A DNA stretch of 62,968 nucleotides from Pseudomonadota bacterium (GTDB lineage: Bacteria; Myxococcota_A; Bradymonadia; UBA4248), in the NCBI GenBank assembly GCA_017441205.1, contig JAFRYG010000047.1:1-62968 (forward strand), given 5' to 3'. This document shows, in pieces, positions 30,136-40,968 of this stretch. Below the pieces are notes generated by a model. The model made no database searches. It saw only the letters and a list, made by a program, of their open reading frames with translations, and had not been told where the DNA came from. Both the position numbers and the translations under genes were made by a program. How positions within the stretch are numbered: position 1 is the stretch's first letter; every line of letters starts with the position of its first letter.

Positions 30136-33100
30136 CTATTCGATGGGCAGATGCCAGTGAAGCCGTCCACCAAGCTTGAGTGTCGGTGCACGCCCCTTCT
30201 CATCTGATGTGTTTTGACCTGTTAAATCGACAAACCAGTTATCATTGAAGTAATATTCTGCCGAAAGCGCCTGTTCATTCCCCTCAGCGCCCCGAATGGA
30301 AACTGCCGCAGCAACACGAAGTCCCTTGTTGATTTGCTTCACGTAAGCAAACTGCGCTGCCCCTTCACTCAGAACAAATTTGAACTGATCCGCATTGATA
30401 AACGTATCCAGCTGGGATGTGAAAAGTGGTGAAAGCAGGGATTCCATCGCCACATCGTTCCCTGAAAAATCTTCGATCGTGCGCCCGGTCAGAATTAATG
30501 CATATACGTTGGTATCTGTCAAATACGGACTGGATTCAAAACTCCATACCGGCTTGAATACGGTTCCGCCGACCGTAAGTGTTATCGCATAAAGATCACT
30601 GGAGTTCGCATTGCTCGTCGATATTCTCTTTCGGCGATCGAGATCCGTGTTGCCGGTCACCGAACTGAATGCACTCGAATCCGTGCTGATTTCCGTCGTA
30701 GCCGTGACATCGATCTTGCCATCCAATGACCCATTGAATGCCACCTGAGCTCCGCTCTGGAATTCAAAATCATTGTCTCGCAGCGTAAACACGCCCTGAT
30801 TGATCGAAATGATCCCCGTAGGGGCAAATTCCTTCACCGTTCCGCCGATGCGAAGCTGTGTCCCGAGCTCCAGTTCCACGACAGCTGTCGCAATCTTGAC
30901 ATCGACACCAATGGAGTTCTCCGCCGAAACACCAATATCAAGATTGATCTTGCCCAACTGAGGCATTCTTCTCAAAAACGAAGGTGAATAAGCCTCGACT
31001 CGCTTTTTGGAATCGATGAACATCGAAAGGATCTGCTCCTTGATGAAATTCGATGAACCATCGTCGAAGTCTTTCTTGTATTTGGCTTCGGCAATATCGA
31101 TATCACCAGCCACCTTAACCGTTTCGAAATCCGAAAAATCCTTCGCCGTTATCTGAATATCCGGAGAAACCGTAAGGAATAGTTCATCCTTCATACGGAA
31201 ACTGACATTGTTCGCCGTAATGGAAAGATTGCCTCCCTTCGGCGTAATGGCTTCACGACCGACCTCGCCAAAGATGAGATACGATCCACCCATCAGATTT
31301 CCCTTAAATCCCTGCGTTTTGGGAATCACGACACACTGGCCGTTGTTGCTGCACTCGCTGCCTTCAGTAATCAACAGCGCCCCCTGATCGAGGGTAATCG
31401 GATCATTGAATGATCTCAGAGAGATCGAAACAGGTTCATTGACCAGAATGTGCCCACCGAATTTAATCTTGTCCGGATCAAAAACGATATTCCTGGATTT
31501 ATCGACAATGCTGCCCGAAAGACTTGCCAGGATATCGATCGATCCTCTGGTTTCGTAGGCATCTTTCATAAACATCTGAACGATCGACGCATTGATCATG
31601 CCGCCAACGCTCAGATCCACCATACCATCCGACGATGCAAACATATTCAGGGCTATCGTTTGATCATTGAGCGAAACCGTAAATCCCTGATCTTCTGGCG
31701 TATACACGCAGGTCTTTGACTTACAGCGAGGATCATCCCGACCGATAATGAAAAATCCCTTGCTGAGCGTAACCGGGGATGACGTCATCGAAGTCTTGAC
31801 TTCAATGGGATCCCTGACTCCCAGATAACCGCTGAGTTCAAGATTATGAAAACTCAATTTGTCCTTGTAAAACATGTTGCCGCGCGCAGACAGGCTGATG
31901 CCCAAAAGGCCCGATGACCTCTCCACGGTATCCAGCACAGATCTCACAATGGCTGCATCCACTTCGCCGTTCAAATCAAAATCGACGTTGCCTTTCATAT
32001 CCGCTTTACCGCTCATCTTAAGCACGGAATCGCGGTATTTCAGTTCCAGCTGACGAAGGTTCGCAGACATATCTGCCAAATCCGCCATGACCAGCGCAGG
32101 CTGCGTCAACGAAAGCATATTCCCCAGAACATCGACCTCAATATCATCCACCAGAAGCGACACTTTCATGTCATCCAGGCTCTTCATACAGAAACCGACC
32201 GACCCCGAAACCATCGCATCGTGAACGGCAAACTGCGTAACGATATTACTCATATCAATGCCAAGATTCGAAAGGGTCTTCAATACATCGAGCTCTGGGA
32301 AATTGAGCGAAAGTGACGCTGAAAAATGCGGAGCTGTTCGAACGAATCCAGACAATTCAAACGTGTCGATGATATTGCCTTTGATCAGGGCATACTGCGC
32401 AGAACGCGACATCTGTATCTGAGTATTGCCCAGATACATATCCCCGTACGTCACATTATTCAGATTCAGTTCCCCCTCTACCCATGTCGATTCCATCTCT
32501 TTGGACTGACTGATATCCCGATTGCCGGAAGTCAGCATATCCAGATCGATGTTCGCAGAAATATCGAACGAAACCTGGCCTTCGACCGGTAGTTCAAGAG
32601 CCCGGAATGGTTCAAAATCATTCGGCGAAACGGGCTGAAGTGCCACATTGAATATGACTGTATTCTTCTCGAGATCATACGTCAGAGCGCCCAGCGAAAA
32701 ATCGGGCGTCCTTCGGCGAACTCTCGGACGGTTTCCATCACCGCGTCCCCGATCGGGTGGTCTGGGACCAGCCTGAAGCACCATTTCTTCAGCCTTGCCG
32801 GTGCCCAGTTTTTGCAGATTTCCGGCAACCACCTGAGTTTCCTGTTCCTGCTTCGCGCGCTGTTCTGCTTCCTCCTGTTCCTGTTTTGCAGCTTCCTCGG
32901 GCGAGAGTTCTGAAGGTCCAAACCACAGATTCAATGCGGGAACATATACTTTCTTGTCCTCATATCGAGCGAGCAGAAGCAGGCGCGAAGCAGGCACCTC
33001 CATCGCTTCCAGATCGGTCATCGTATAAAGCAGCCGCGCCTTGAGTTTTTTATATGGTCCGTCGATCGTCAGCGTCCCCTCGCCCTTGCCATGCAGATCG

Positions 33101-35316
33101 AGCTCTTCCAGTGCTGCAAACTGCATATTCTCAAGATCGACATCCGTCACGCGCAGTACCACATGAAACGGTATATTCTCGTAGTCCGACAACGTATTCA
33201 GACTCAGCTCGCTCGATATTTCTGCATTGATGTGGCCAAAAGGCGTTTCAATTTTGAATACCGGAGACGACAGTTTCGAGTCTTTCAGTGCCAGATCAAT
33301 ATCGACGACGGGAACATCTATCCCCATATACGACAGTTTCGACGCCTTCAGTTTTACACCGCCGCAGGATTTCCCGTTGCAATCAAAGTATTTGAGCGAA
33401 AAATCGACAGGCCCCGACTGAAAATCCATGATCCCCAGATGTTCTGCATAATGCGCCGGCGACTCAATATGCCCAGAAACATCTGCCGTAAAATTGGTCA
33501 GATTGTTCGTATCCAGACGAAGTCCGGGTGCAACGTGTATCGTATCCTTCCCGAGAGAAGCATTTAAACCGCCCGGTGAAGACACGATCCCGTTCTGGTA
33601 CGTCAGAATGCGCTGATCCTCTGCGCTGCCGGCAGCCACGACGATTTCCTTCACCCCCGCAAGCGGCTGATCGAGGCGATACTGCATGGGTTCGGGCAGC
33701 GACAGCGATATCTCCCCATCCTGCGACTGAGCTTTTAAATGACTCGAAAACAGACCGCTGAAATGCTGCAGATTCCCATCGGGCAAAAAGTCCAGCGGCG
33801 TCATTCCCTCTTTCAGACGATCGCCAAAACTCGCATCAATATAGGGAAAATCCGGATCCTCCGGTGCCATCCCGGCCCATATATCGAAATCAAAATTGCC
33901 GTCCATGATTTCGTAATAACCGCCGAGCAATACGCCGCCATACGCCGTATCTGCCTCAAATGCAGATATTCCCAAATGCTGGCCATCCATGTGCGCACGA
34001 AGTGACGCCCTCGACAAATCGACATTGAACGTCTCGAATTCCGGCATGTCGAGTGCAATATCCCCCGAAACGCGCGCCAAATCACCCGCCATCGCAGCAT
34101 TGAGCTGCAGCATCCCGTCGCCATGGAGAATCGGACCGAAGAAATACGTCAGAATCGGATCCGAAACCTTCAGATTCAAATCGAGTTTGGCCGCCCACAA
34201 AACGCTCTCTTCGGGCAGCAATCCAGACGGTTTATGATGGTATTCCTGCGCAGCTTCATCGATTTCCTGCTGTGTCGGCCCCACGTTCATCATCGCATGC
34301 GTCATGTGCATCGAACCGCCGTCCCCGATGCCGGATGACATCTTGGGAATCGTGAACGTATTGCCCTGCCAGTGAAATCCATCCACCTCGGTATTCGTCA
34401 GCGGAACGATAAAATTCCCGCGCATATCCCGCGCAAGACCGAGCTTCTCCAAAAATGCAGGATCCTCCCGAAGAATCCCCTCAATATGCCGCGCCATCTG
34501 GTTATAGGCATAACCCACTTTCCCGGAACTCCCAGGCCCGCCGCTCATCACCAGGCCTTCATCGGCATCCCCAACACTCGCCAATGAAAACGAAAATAGC
34601 GCCGGATTGAACGTCAGCACGCCTTCGCCCACGCGAATCGCACTCTGACCTCCGTTATTCTCCGATCTCGGTGACGTCATCTCAAGAACGGAACCCGCAC
34701 GAATCGCATAATGATCAACCTCGGTCTTGTACAGATCGATGCGAAAACCATCAAACACCAAATGAACCGCAGTATTCGTGGCATTCAAATCCGCAAGATT
34801 CGTCACAAAATTTCCCGGAACGGGATCGGGCGGTTCCGGCATGCTCGCATACGGAAGCACGACCTTCAGAATGTTGAGTTCACCATGCGTAAAATCCAGA
34901 TAGACATCCGCATCGTACGCCTTGATGCGCCCCACCGTCAGCGTCGTCGACGTAATCAGATCCACCAGCTCGACGATCGGAATCTTGGCCTCGACGTAAG
35001 GCACCCAGATGACGGCTTCCTCTTTGCCCGCCTCCGAAAGGCGGACATTCGTCATCTTGAGCGTCTGCAAAAACGCATCCGTCTTCATCGTCTCGGCAAA
35101 ATAATCTCCCCGCAGAAAACCGCTCAGCTGCGAATGAAGAATCTTCGGACCGTAGGAACTGTTCAGAATAAAAAACGCCGCAAGATAGATAAACCCCAGG
35201 AAGACACACGGCCACATCAGCGTGATGATGATGGTATTCGTGTACCTGGACACCCACGCCGGAATCTTCGATTCCGCCGCAAGTATCATCATGGTTTTAT
35301 CCCGTCTTCGCGCCAT
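30136..35316 (-). CDS. tamB: translocation/assembly module TamB (AsmA-like) protein
   Basis: 1726 aa; N-terminal TM; beta-rich body; C-terminal DUF490-like region ..LTVGGTVFKP.W.FESSPYLTDTNVYALILTGR. Confidence 0.8.
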   Translation of the reverse strand: MARRRDKTMMILAAESKIPAWVSRYTNTIIITLMWPCVFLGFIYLAAFFILNSSYGPKILHSQLSGFLRGDYFAETMKTDAFLQTLKMTNVRLSEAGKEEAVIWVPYVEAKIPIVELVDLITSTTLTVGRIKAYDADVYLDFTHGELNILKVVLPYASMPEPPDPVPGNFVTNLADLNATNTAVHLVFDGFRIDLYKTEVDHYAIRAGSVLEMTSPRSENNGGQSAIRVGEGVLTFNPALFSFSLASVGDADEGLVMSGGPGSSGKVGYAYNQMARHIEGILREDPAFLEKLGLARDMRGNFIVPLTNTEVDGFHWQGNTFTIPKMSSGIGDGGSMHMTHAMMNVGPTQQEIDEAAQEYHHKPSGLLPEESVLWAAKLDLNLKVSDPILTYFFGPILHGDGMLQLNAAMAGDLARVSGDIALDMPEFETFNVDLSRASLRAHMDGQHLGISAFEADTAYGGVLLGGYYEIMDGNFDFDIWAGMAPEDPDFPYIDASFGDRLKEGMTPLDFLPDGNLQHFSGLFSSHLKAQSQDGEISLSLPEPMQYRLDQPLAGVKEIVVAAGSAEDQRILTYQNGIVSSPGGLNASLGKDTIHVAPGLRLDTNNLTNFTADVSGHIESPAHYAEHLGIMDFQSGPVDFSLKYFDCNGKSCGGVKLKASKLSYMGIDVPVVDIDLALKDSKLSSPVFKIETPFGHINAEISSELSLNTLSDYENIPFHVVLRVTDVDLENMQFAALEELDLHGKGEGTLTIDGPYKKLKARLLYTMTDLEAMEVPASRLLLLARYEDKKVYVPALNLWFGPSELSPEEAAKQEQEEAEQRAKQEQETQVVAGNLQKLGTGKAEEMVLQAGPRPPDRGRGDGNRPRVRRRTPDFSLGALTYDLEKNTVIFNVALQPVSPNDFEPFRALELPVEGQVSFDISANIDLDMLTSGNRDISQSKEMESTWVEGELNLNNVTYGDMYLGNTQIQMSRSAQYALIKGNIIDTFELSGFVRTAPHFSASLSLNFPELDVLKTLSNLGIDMSNIVTQFAVHDAMVSGSVGFCMKSLDDMKVSLLVDDIEVDVLGNMLSLTQPALVMADLADMSANLRQLELKYRDSVLKMSGKADMKGNVDFDLNGEVDAAIVRSVLDTVERSSGLLGISLSARGNMFYKDKLSFHNLELSGYLGVRDPIEVKTSMTSSPVTLSKGFFIIGRDDPRCKSKTCVYTPEDQGFTVSLNDQTIALNMFASSDGMVDLSVGGMINASIVQMFMKDAYETRGSIDILASLSGSIVDKSRNIVFDPDKIKFGGHILVNEPVSISLRSFNDPITLDQGALLITEGSECSNNGQCVVIPKTQGFKGNLMGGSYLIFGEVGREAITPKGGNLSITANNVSFRMKDELFLTVSPDIQITAKDFSDFETVKVAGDIDIAEAKYKKDFDDGSSNFIKEQILSMFIDSKKRVEAYSPSFLRRMPQLGKINLDIGVSAENSIGVDVKIATAVVELELGTQLRIGGTVKEFAPTGIISINQGVFTLRDNDFEFQSGAQVAFNGSLDGKIDVTATTEISTDSSAFSSVTGNTDLDRRKRISTSNANSSDLYAITLTVGGTVFKPVWSFESSPYLTDTNVYALILTGRTIEDFSGNDVAMESLLSPLFTSQLDTFINADQFKFVLSEGAAQFAYVKQINKGLRVAAAVSIRGAEGNEQALSAEYYFNDNWFVDLTGQNTSDEKGRAPTLKLGGRLHWHLPIE

Positions 35317-35327
35317 ACTCTAGTTCG

Positions 35328-36392
35328 TCACTTTTTACCAACCAGCTTCTGCATTTCTTCCTGTGATGCGGCACAGCGGAATCCAAAATGGTGCGCCGGA
35401 TCGTTGCTCGGAACATGCGAACGGCGATGGATACCCGTGGCATGCTCAGGTTCCCAATACCATGAACCGCCGCGAACCGATTTGTGACGATAGCGACCGC
35501 AGCGGCCATCCTTATCCTCTCCGCCGCCGCAGGGGCCCTTCGGATCGATTCCCTGGCAGTCTGCTCCGCAATCTTCATAACTGCCCGTGTACCAGTCAGC
35601 CACCCATTCCTCGGCATTGCCCATCATGTCGCACAGACCATAGCGAGATGCACCCTTCGAACAAACCTCCAGAACACGGCCCTTTTCGGGATGCGCACCC
35701 TTGCGTTTAATCTCGCCGCACGAACGTCCCTTCGAATCCATGATGACCGCATTCTCGCACGAAGACGGCGCATTTCCCCACGGATAAAGATCGCCGTTCT
35801 CACCGCGCGCAGCCTTTTCCCACTCCGCCTCGGTCGTCAGATGCTTGCCCTGTGCCTCGCAGAATTTCTTCGCATTGTACCAGCTCAGCCCCGTTATCGG
35901 CTGTTTCGGCGCATCGTAATCGACGTACTTCGGACCGTCCTTCTCGCACTTCTTGGCCTTCACACACGCATTGTAGGCCTCGTTCGTCACCTCGGTCTTG
36001 TCGATGTAATACGTCTGCATCCAAATCGTCTGCTGGGGATAATTGTTGCGATAATCCTTCTCGGCCTTGTGTTCCTTGCTCACATATGCCTTGTTGTAGC
36101 TCGACTGATTGCAGTGCTTGTGCGGATCATTGTCGGCACCGCGAATGAACGAACCGCCGGGAATGCACGACATCCCTTCGATCGGCGTCAGACATTCGGC
36201 AATCGGACGCCCATCAGGCAGCGTTTTGGCCGGCTGAGCCGTCTGAACCGCAGGGGCTGCAGGGGCCGCAGGGGCCGGCTGAGCCGCAGGCGTTGCCGGT
36301 GTCGAAACAGGCTGCTGCGGATTCCCATCCTGAGCCATTGCCGGAACTGACACGAATAACGAACAAACCAATGCTAAATATATGCGTTTCAT
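35328..36392 (-). CDS. formylglycine-generating enzyme (SUMF1/FGE-sulfatase) domain protein, secreted
   Basis: IPGGSFIRG, IDKTEVTN, LTTEAEWEKAARG, YPWG, DMMGNAEEWVADW, RGGSW, FGFRCA. Confidence 0.9.
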   Translation of the reverse strand: MKRIYLALVCSLFVSVPAMAQDGNPQQPVSTPATPAAQPAPAAPAAPAVQTAQPAKTLPDGRPIAECLTPIEGMSCIPGGSFIRGADNDPHKHCNQSSYNKAYVSKEHKAEKDYRNNYPQQTIWMQTYYIDKTEVTNEAYNACVKAKKCEKDGPKYVDYDAPKQPITGLSWYNAKKFCEAQGKHLTTEAEWEKAARGENGDLYPWGNAPSSCENAVIMDSKGRSCGEIKRKGAHPEKGRVLEVCSKGASRYGLCDMMGNAEEWVADWYTGSYEDCGADCQGIDPKGPCGGGEDKDGRCGRYRHKSVRGGSWYWEPEHATGIHRRSHVPSNDPAHHFGFRCAASQEEMQKLVGKK

Positions 36393-36514
36393 CGAATAAC
36401 TCCTTTTTTACAGGTTTGAACCTTGCAAACCCCTCCATCCTTTTCATACCATAAACCGCCCGCTAAAGGCTATTTATGGATGTCCCCATGCCATTGCATT
36501 TTTTGGGCCTTTTT

Positions 36515-36599
36515 GGACATGCTATGCCGGACGGCGCACGCGTGCCCCATCCGGCATACGCATGCCCCCGGCGCTATGGCTTTGCCATACGCGCCTTTT
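36515..36599 (-). repeat. bulged-G CGTA/TAG hairpin element (2 hairpins)
   Basis: Minus strand: aaaa ggcg CGTAT ggc-aaa-gcc ATAG cgcc gggg catg CGTAT gccgga...tccggc ATAG catg. Confidence 0.85.
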
Positions 36600-36762
36600 G
36601 CTTATTTATTCATCCGCACAGTCGCACGAATCCCCACATCGATCACGCCTGACATGCTCTGCATCATTTACCTTATCAACCCCGCCAGTCAGAGCCGCAA
36701 AATTGGGACACTTTCTGCGTCTCCCAAAGCCCTTGCGTACATGACATATTCCCCGGGTTATC

Positions 36763-37956
36763 TCATTTACCGGCGCGCATAAATATAAATTCCGGCGAAG
36801 GCGCATCCATAACCTGAATTCTCGTCGTAAGCCTGCCATCGCTGTATTCCAGGGGCATAAACATACCGCCCAAAATATCATTTTCATTCGACTGACTGAC
36901 AATATGATATCTTTTTTCTTCTTTATCAGAAAAGCTGTGCGTCACGACATGAAATGTATCCTTTCGGCCATCGTATTCGATTTCATTTCCATGAATGGCA
37001 AGCGTATTGCCGTTCTGATCCTTCCATTCGCCCTCAAGTTCGGGAATGATCTCTTTATCCATGACAAAACGCCCGAAATATTCCGGCTTCCTCAAAATAT
37101 ATTCAAATTTATGATTCATAAAATCGGAATGAATCGAAAGCAGTATGGCCGTATCATCGAGATAATATAATCCAAATATATCATTGGGTATATTGCCGCT
37201 GTCCAGATTATAGCTGTCCAGCTCAATATGAGCCGGATTCTTTGGGGAAAGATGTATCCGGGATGAGAGCACTTCTTCTGCCTGCGAGTGGATTTTAATA
37301 TCTCTGCTGCTGATCATCACTTTATAATTGCAGTTGTCGCGGCCTTCCCATGTTCCCTGAATAGCCTGTAATATCTTATTGGCAGTATTCGGACTGTCTG
37401 TATTGTATATCAGATTGGGTTTGGGTTTGATATCTTCCAGTTCATCGAGCGCTTCCTTGGTCAGGCCGCGGCTCAGGACAAGTTCATCCTCGAGCTCGTG
37501 ATCCCTGTCTTTGGGACGAACATTCAGCGTAATTCTGTCATTGACATAATACATATTCAAAATGACATACATTTCACTGTATCCACGCCCCCTGGCGTAA
37601 TCATATTCACGGTTTTTGGGGATGATCTGAATCGGCATTCCCGCTTTGACTTCGTATTCGATCTGTCCAAGTTCACGATCGCTGTAACCAATCGTCATCT
37701 GACTGCCATCTATTTTTAATGTATAATTGAATCCATTTTCTTTCGAGGACCACTCTCCCTGCAGTGCCTTGACGATATCCGCTTCGGTGGCAGGGATGGT
37801 TTCTGCAAAGTTAAAGTTATCCACGGGTTCTGCCTCCATCACCTGTTGGGGCTGTGGTTCGACGGCACCGTTCACATTGGGTTCCGTCGTTGCCTTTTTG
37901 CAGGAAACACATGTGAATGCACAAAAAACCAGGACGACAGTCATGATGATTCGCAT
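36763..37956 (-). CDS. lipoprotein with three repeated (L/I)xGxW beta modules
   Basis: Lipobox CVSC; LQGEW, IQGTW, LEGEW; AT-richer than core genes. Confidence 0.75.
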   Translation of the reverse strand: MRIIMTVVLVFCAFTCVSCKKATTEPNVNGAVEPQPQQVMEAEPVDNFNFAETIPATEADIVKALQGEWSSKENGFNYTLKIDGSQMTIGYSDRELGQIEYEVKAGMPIQIIPKNREYDYARGRGYSEMYVILNMYYVNDRITLNVRPKDRDHELEDELVLSRGLTKEALDELEDIKPKPNLIYNTDSPNTANKILQAIQGTWEGRDNCNYKVMISSRDIKIHSQAEEVLSSRIHLSPKNPAHIELDSYNLDSGNIPNDIFGLYYLDDTAILLSIHSDFMNHKFEYILRKPEYFGRFVMDKEIIPELEGEWKDQNGNTLAIHGNEIEYDGRKDTFHVVTHSFSDKEEKRYHIVSQSNENDILGGMFMPLEYSDGRLTTRIQVMDAPSPEFIFMRAGK

Positions 37957-38155
37957 AGAATCCTCTTTGATAAAGATGGCGATGATTGTGAATCAAAAAA
38001 TGATAAGGCTCTGTTATATAAATGTGGATATTTTGTTCGCGAATATTTGCAATTCTGAGCCTGGAGCTCAAAGCTCAAAGTTCAGAACAATGAAAGACAT
38101 ATTCTTTGGAACATTGCATATCCACAATAGTTAAACATTGCCTGTTATAATAATA

Positions 38156-40711
38156 TTATCTTCTCTTTCTTCTCAGCCCGGCGAGTCCGATCATGCCCAG
38201 AATGCCGAACAGCCATGCACCTCCGTTGTTCGGAGTCGGTGTGCGTTTAATGCTGCATCCGCAATCCTCATCGGCATGGACATCCACTGCCGGCTTATCC
38301 TCACAGCCATCAGGTGACTCGCATTCTGTTTCCGGATCCTGCGTTGGCGGATCTGTCTTTTCGGGTTTGTCGCAGACCCCGCCTTCATCGACTTTGCCAT
38401 CGCAGTCATTGTCTTTATCATCGCAGATTTCCTTGCTTGGCGTACAATCCGGCTCGGGCGTGCAGTCGAGGCCTTCATCGACCTCGCCATCGCAGTCGTT
38501 ATCCTTATCATCACAGACTTCATCCTCGGGAATGCATTCCGGACGCTCGGAACAATCGAGATCCTCATCGACTTCACCATCGCAGTCGTTGTCTTTATTA
38601 TCGCAAATCTCTTCCTCAGGAACACATTCCGGTTCGGCATTGCAGTTGAGACCTTCGTCGACCTCGCCATCGCAGTCGTTGTCCTTATCGTCGCAAACCT
38701 CTTCCTCAGGGATGCAGGGCGGTGCGCAATTCTCATCGGCTTCACCATTGCAATTGTTGTCGATCTGATCGCCGCAGATTTCCTCGCGCTTGCTGCACGG
38801 ATTCCCGAAGGGACCACCCAGTCGAATGGTCGAATAATAGCGAGCATCGCTCCAGCCACCCGCATCCGTCCAGACGGGACCGGCAACGCTATTAAAGCCC
38901 TCACCCGTAAACAGGAAGCACTGAACGCCATCTGCTCCGCGCCCGCAAACATCCATACGACCATCGCCATTGATATCGCCCATGCGAAGTGTGCGGAAAT
39001 GCTCGGGTTTGTTAAAGCCTTTATCATCACCGAATGCTTCAATATGATATTCACCGCCATCAAAACCATCGCCCGTCGACAGATAACACGAAAGCCTGGC
39101 ATTCGCGCGGGCACAGAGATCATCCTTGCCATCGCCGTTCAAATCGCCGAACATGATGGTCGAATAATTGTCATAATCGCCCCAGCCGCTCTCATCCTTG
39201 CAGCCATCCCAGCGAATTTCCTGGCCAAATGACTTGCGGCCTTCCGAAAGCTGACACACAATGCCATTCGCATCGCGACCGCAGATGTCCGCCTTTCCAT
39301 CCCCATTGATGTCGGCAAGACGAATCGTCGCATAGTATTTCTGATCACCCCAGTTGTTTTTCCACCCCCAATTGTTCATCTCAACTTCGACAGACATACT
39401 GTCGCCTTCCCAGAACCAGCAGTACACGTGGTCCAAACCACGGGCACAGATATCCATCTTGCCGTCGCCATCGACATCGCCCATGCGGATCGTCGAAGTA
39501 TAATGCGGTTTTTGCCAACCCGTGCTATCCGCAAGATCCGTAACGTTGGCCACTTCCTTGTCAAATCCGTTGCCATTAGAAAGATAGCATTTTAGACCAT
39601 CCTTCAAACGAGCACAGAAATCATCCTTCTTGTCGCCATTGATATCACCAAAACGAATGGAAGAAAGATAGGCTGTATCCGCAGGATCATTGCTGCCGCC
39701 ATCCTTGTAGCCATCCGCATCGGACATCGAAAAGACTGGCGTCGGCTCACCAAAGGAAGTCCCATTCGAAGGCCAGCAAACGATGCCTTCACTGCGGCGT
39801 GCACAGACATCCGCTTTACCATCACCATTGATATCGGCAAAACGAATGGTTCGGTAATAAATATGATCTCCCCATCCCTTTTCATCACTCATATCAGGCA
39901 ATACGAGCTGATATTTCGTATAATCCTCGCCATTCGAAATCATACAATGCAGACCATCGCTGGCGCGTCCGCATATATCCGCTTTACCATCACCATTGAT
40001 ATCGGTATTCTGCGGATCATAATTCATCGCCTGATATTTGATATCATAATTCTCGTAACAGACTTCACCTTCGTCAACATGGCCATCGCAGTTATTGTCC
40101 TGGCCATCGCAGACTTCCGGGGATGGCTCGCATGTCTTGGGGCAATTGTTACTCGTAATCTCCTGCCATTGTTTGGGAACCCCAATATCTATCCACGAGG
40201 AAGGAATGCTCTGTGTCCACGGTTCACAAGTCGCAGTGGCAGTAAAGTGTAAATGTTCGCCTGTCGCACAGCCGGTCTTACCAGCATGAGCAATGACCTG
40301 TCCCTGCTTGAACTTCTCGCCTTCTTCAACATCAATACCATTATGGATCATGTGAGCCATATTAAGTCCAAACGTCACGCCGTTCCTGTCTGTCAAGCAC
40401 AAAATGAGATAGTTGGCACTGTTCAGACATGTATCCGTACAGCCATTATTATAGCAAGAATACTGAAAATTTTCTACCTTCTTGACCACATAACCGTCCA
40501 GCGGCGCTGCAATATCATCCCCTGGTCCCATACTGATATCCCAGGCATACTCAGAATACTTGCCTGTATGCGAAAACCCATCGCTGTTACCCTGTGAAAT
40601 GGTATGTTTCACGCCGCAAGGCCACGGAGCGTAATACTCCGGGGCTGCATAGGCCGCAGAACTGCACAATACCCCACAGATACACACACACATCATCATT
40701 CTAAGCTTCAT
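38156..40711 (-). CDS. M23 peptidase + FG-GAP/VCBS repeats + Cys-rich repeats + MYXO-CTERM sorting signal
   Basis: SH......AWD, AH, GKTG..TGEHLHF; DINGDGKADICGR repeats; C.PEEE.CD.KDNDCDGEVDE repeats; GCS...WLFGILGMIGLAGLRRKRR. Confidence 0.88.
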   Translation of the reverse strand: MKLRMMMCVCICGVLCSSAAYAAPEYYAPWPCGVKHTISQGNSDGFSHTGKYSEYAWDISMGPGDDIAAPLDGYVVKKVENFQYSCYNNGCTDTCLNSANYLILCLTDRNGVTFGLNMAHMIHNGIDVEEGEKFKQGQVIAHAGKTGCATGEHLHFTATATCEPWTQSIPSSWIDIGVPKQWQEITSNNCPKTCEPSPEVCDGQDNNCDGHVDEGEVCYENYDIKYQAMNYDPQNTDINGDGKADICGRASDGLHCMISNGEDYTKYQLVLPDMSDEKGWGDHIYYRTIRFADINGDGKADVCARRSEGIVCWPSNGTSFGEPTPVFSMSDADGYKDGGSNDPADTAYLSSIRFGDINGDKKDDFCARLKDGLKCYLSNGNGFDKEVANVTDLADSTGWQKPHYTSTIRMGDVDGDGKMDICARGLDHVYCWFWEGDSMSVEVEMNNWGWKNNWGDQKYYATIRLADINGDGKADICGRDANGIVCQLSEGRKSFGQEIRWDGCKDESGWGDYDNYSTIMFGDLNGDGKDDLCARANARLSCYLSTGDGFDGGEYHIEAFGDDKGFNKPEHFRTLRMGDINGDGRMDVCGRGADGVQCFLFTGEGFNSVAGPVWTDAGGWSDARYYSTIRLGGPFGNPCSKREEICGDQIDNNCNGEADENCAPPCIPEEEVCDDKDNDCDGEVDEGLNCNAEPECVPEEEICDNKDNDCDGEVDEDLDCSERPECIPEDEVCDDKDNDCDGEVDEGLDCTPEPDCTPSKEICDDKDNDCDGKVDEGGVCDKPEKTDPPTQDPETECESPDGCEDKPAVDVHADEDCGCSIKRTPTPNNGGAWLFGILGMIGLAGLRRKRR

Positions 40712-40968
40712 AACCAGTACCTCCGCATATCAGAATAAATGGTCTCAGCAACATCAATCTGAATGCATATTACAAAGATAAAAGTCAAGGACAGTCCCGA
40801 AAAAATCTATCTCAGCGGTTACTACTCAACCGCTTTTTTTTTAACAAACGGATTTGTTCGCATCTAACGATGCTCACATTTTTAGTGCGAATGTCAGCAG
40901 GTTTGCGGATGATGAAGCTGAGTTCAAAACAATTTCTTTAGAGAGATGGCGAAGGACTCCAATCGAGT

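Noticed and set aside
35328-36392. FGE/CLec-fold protein as a DGR target
   Set aside because: No second copy of its 3' end and no RT seen in the window.
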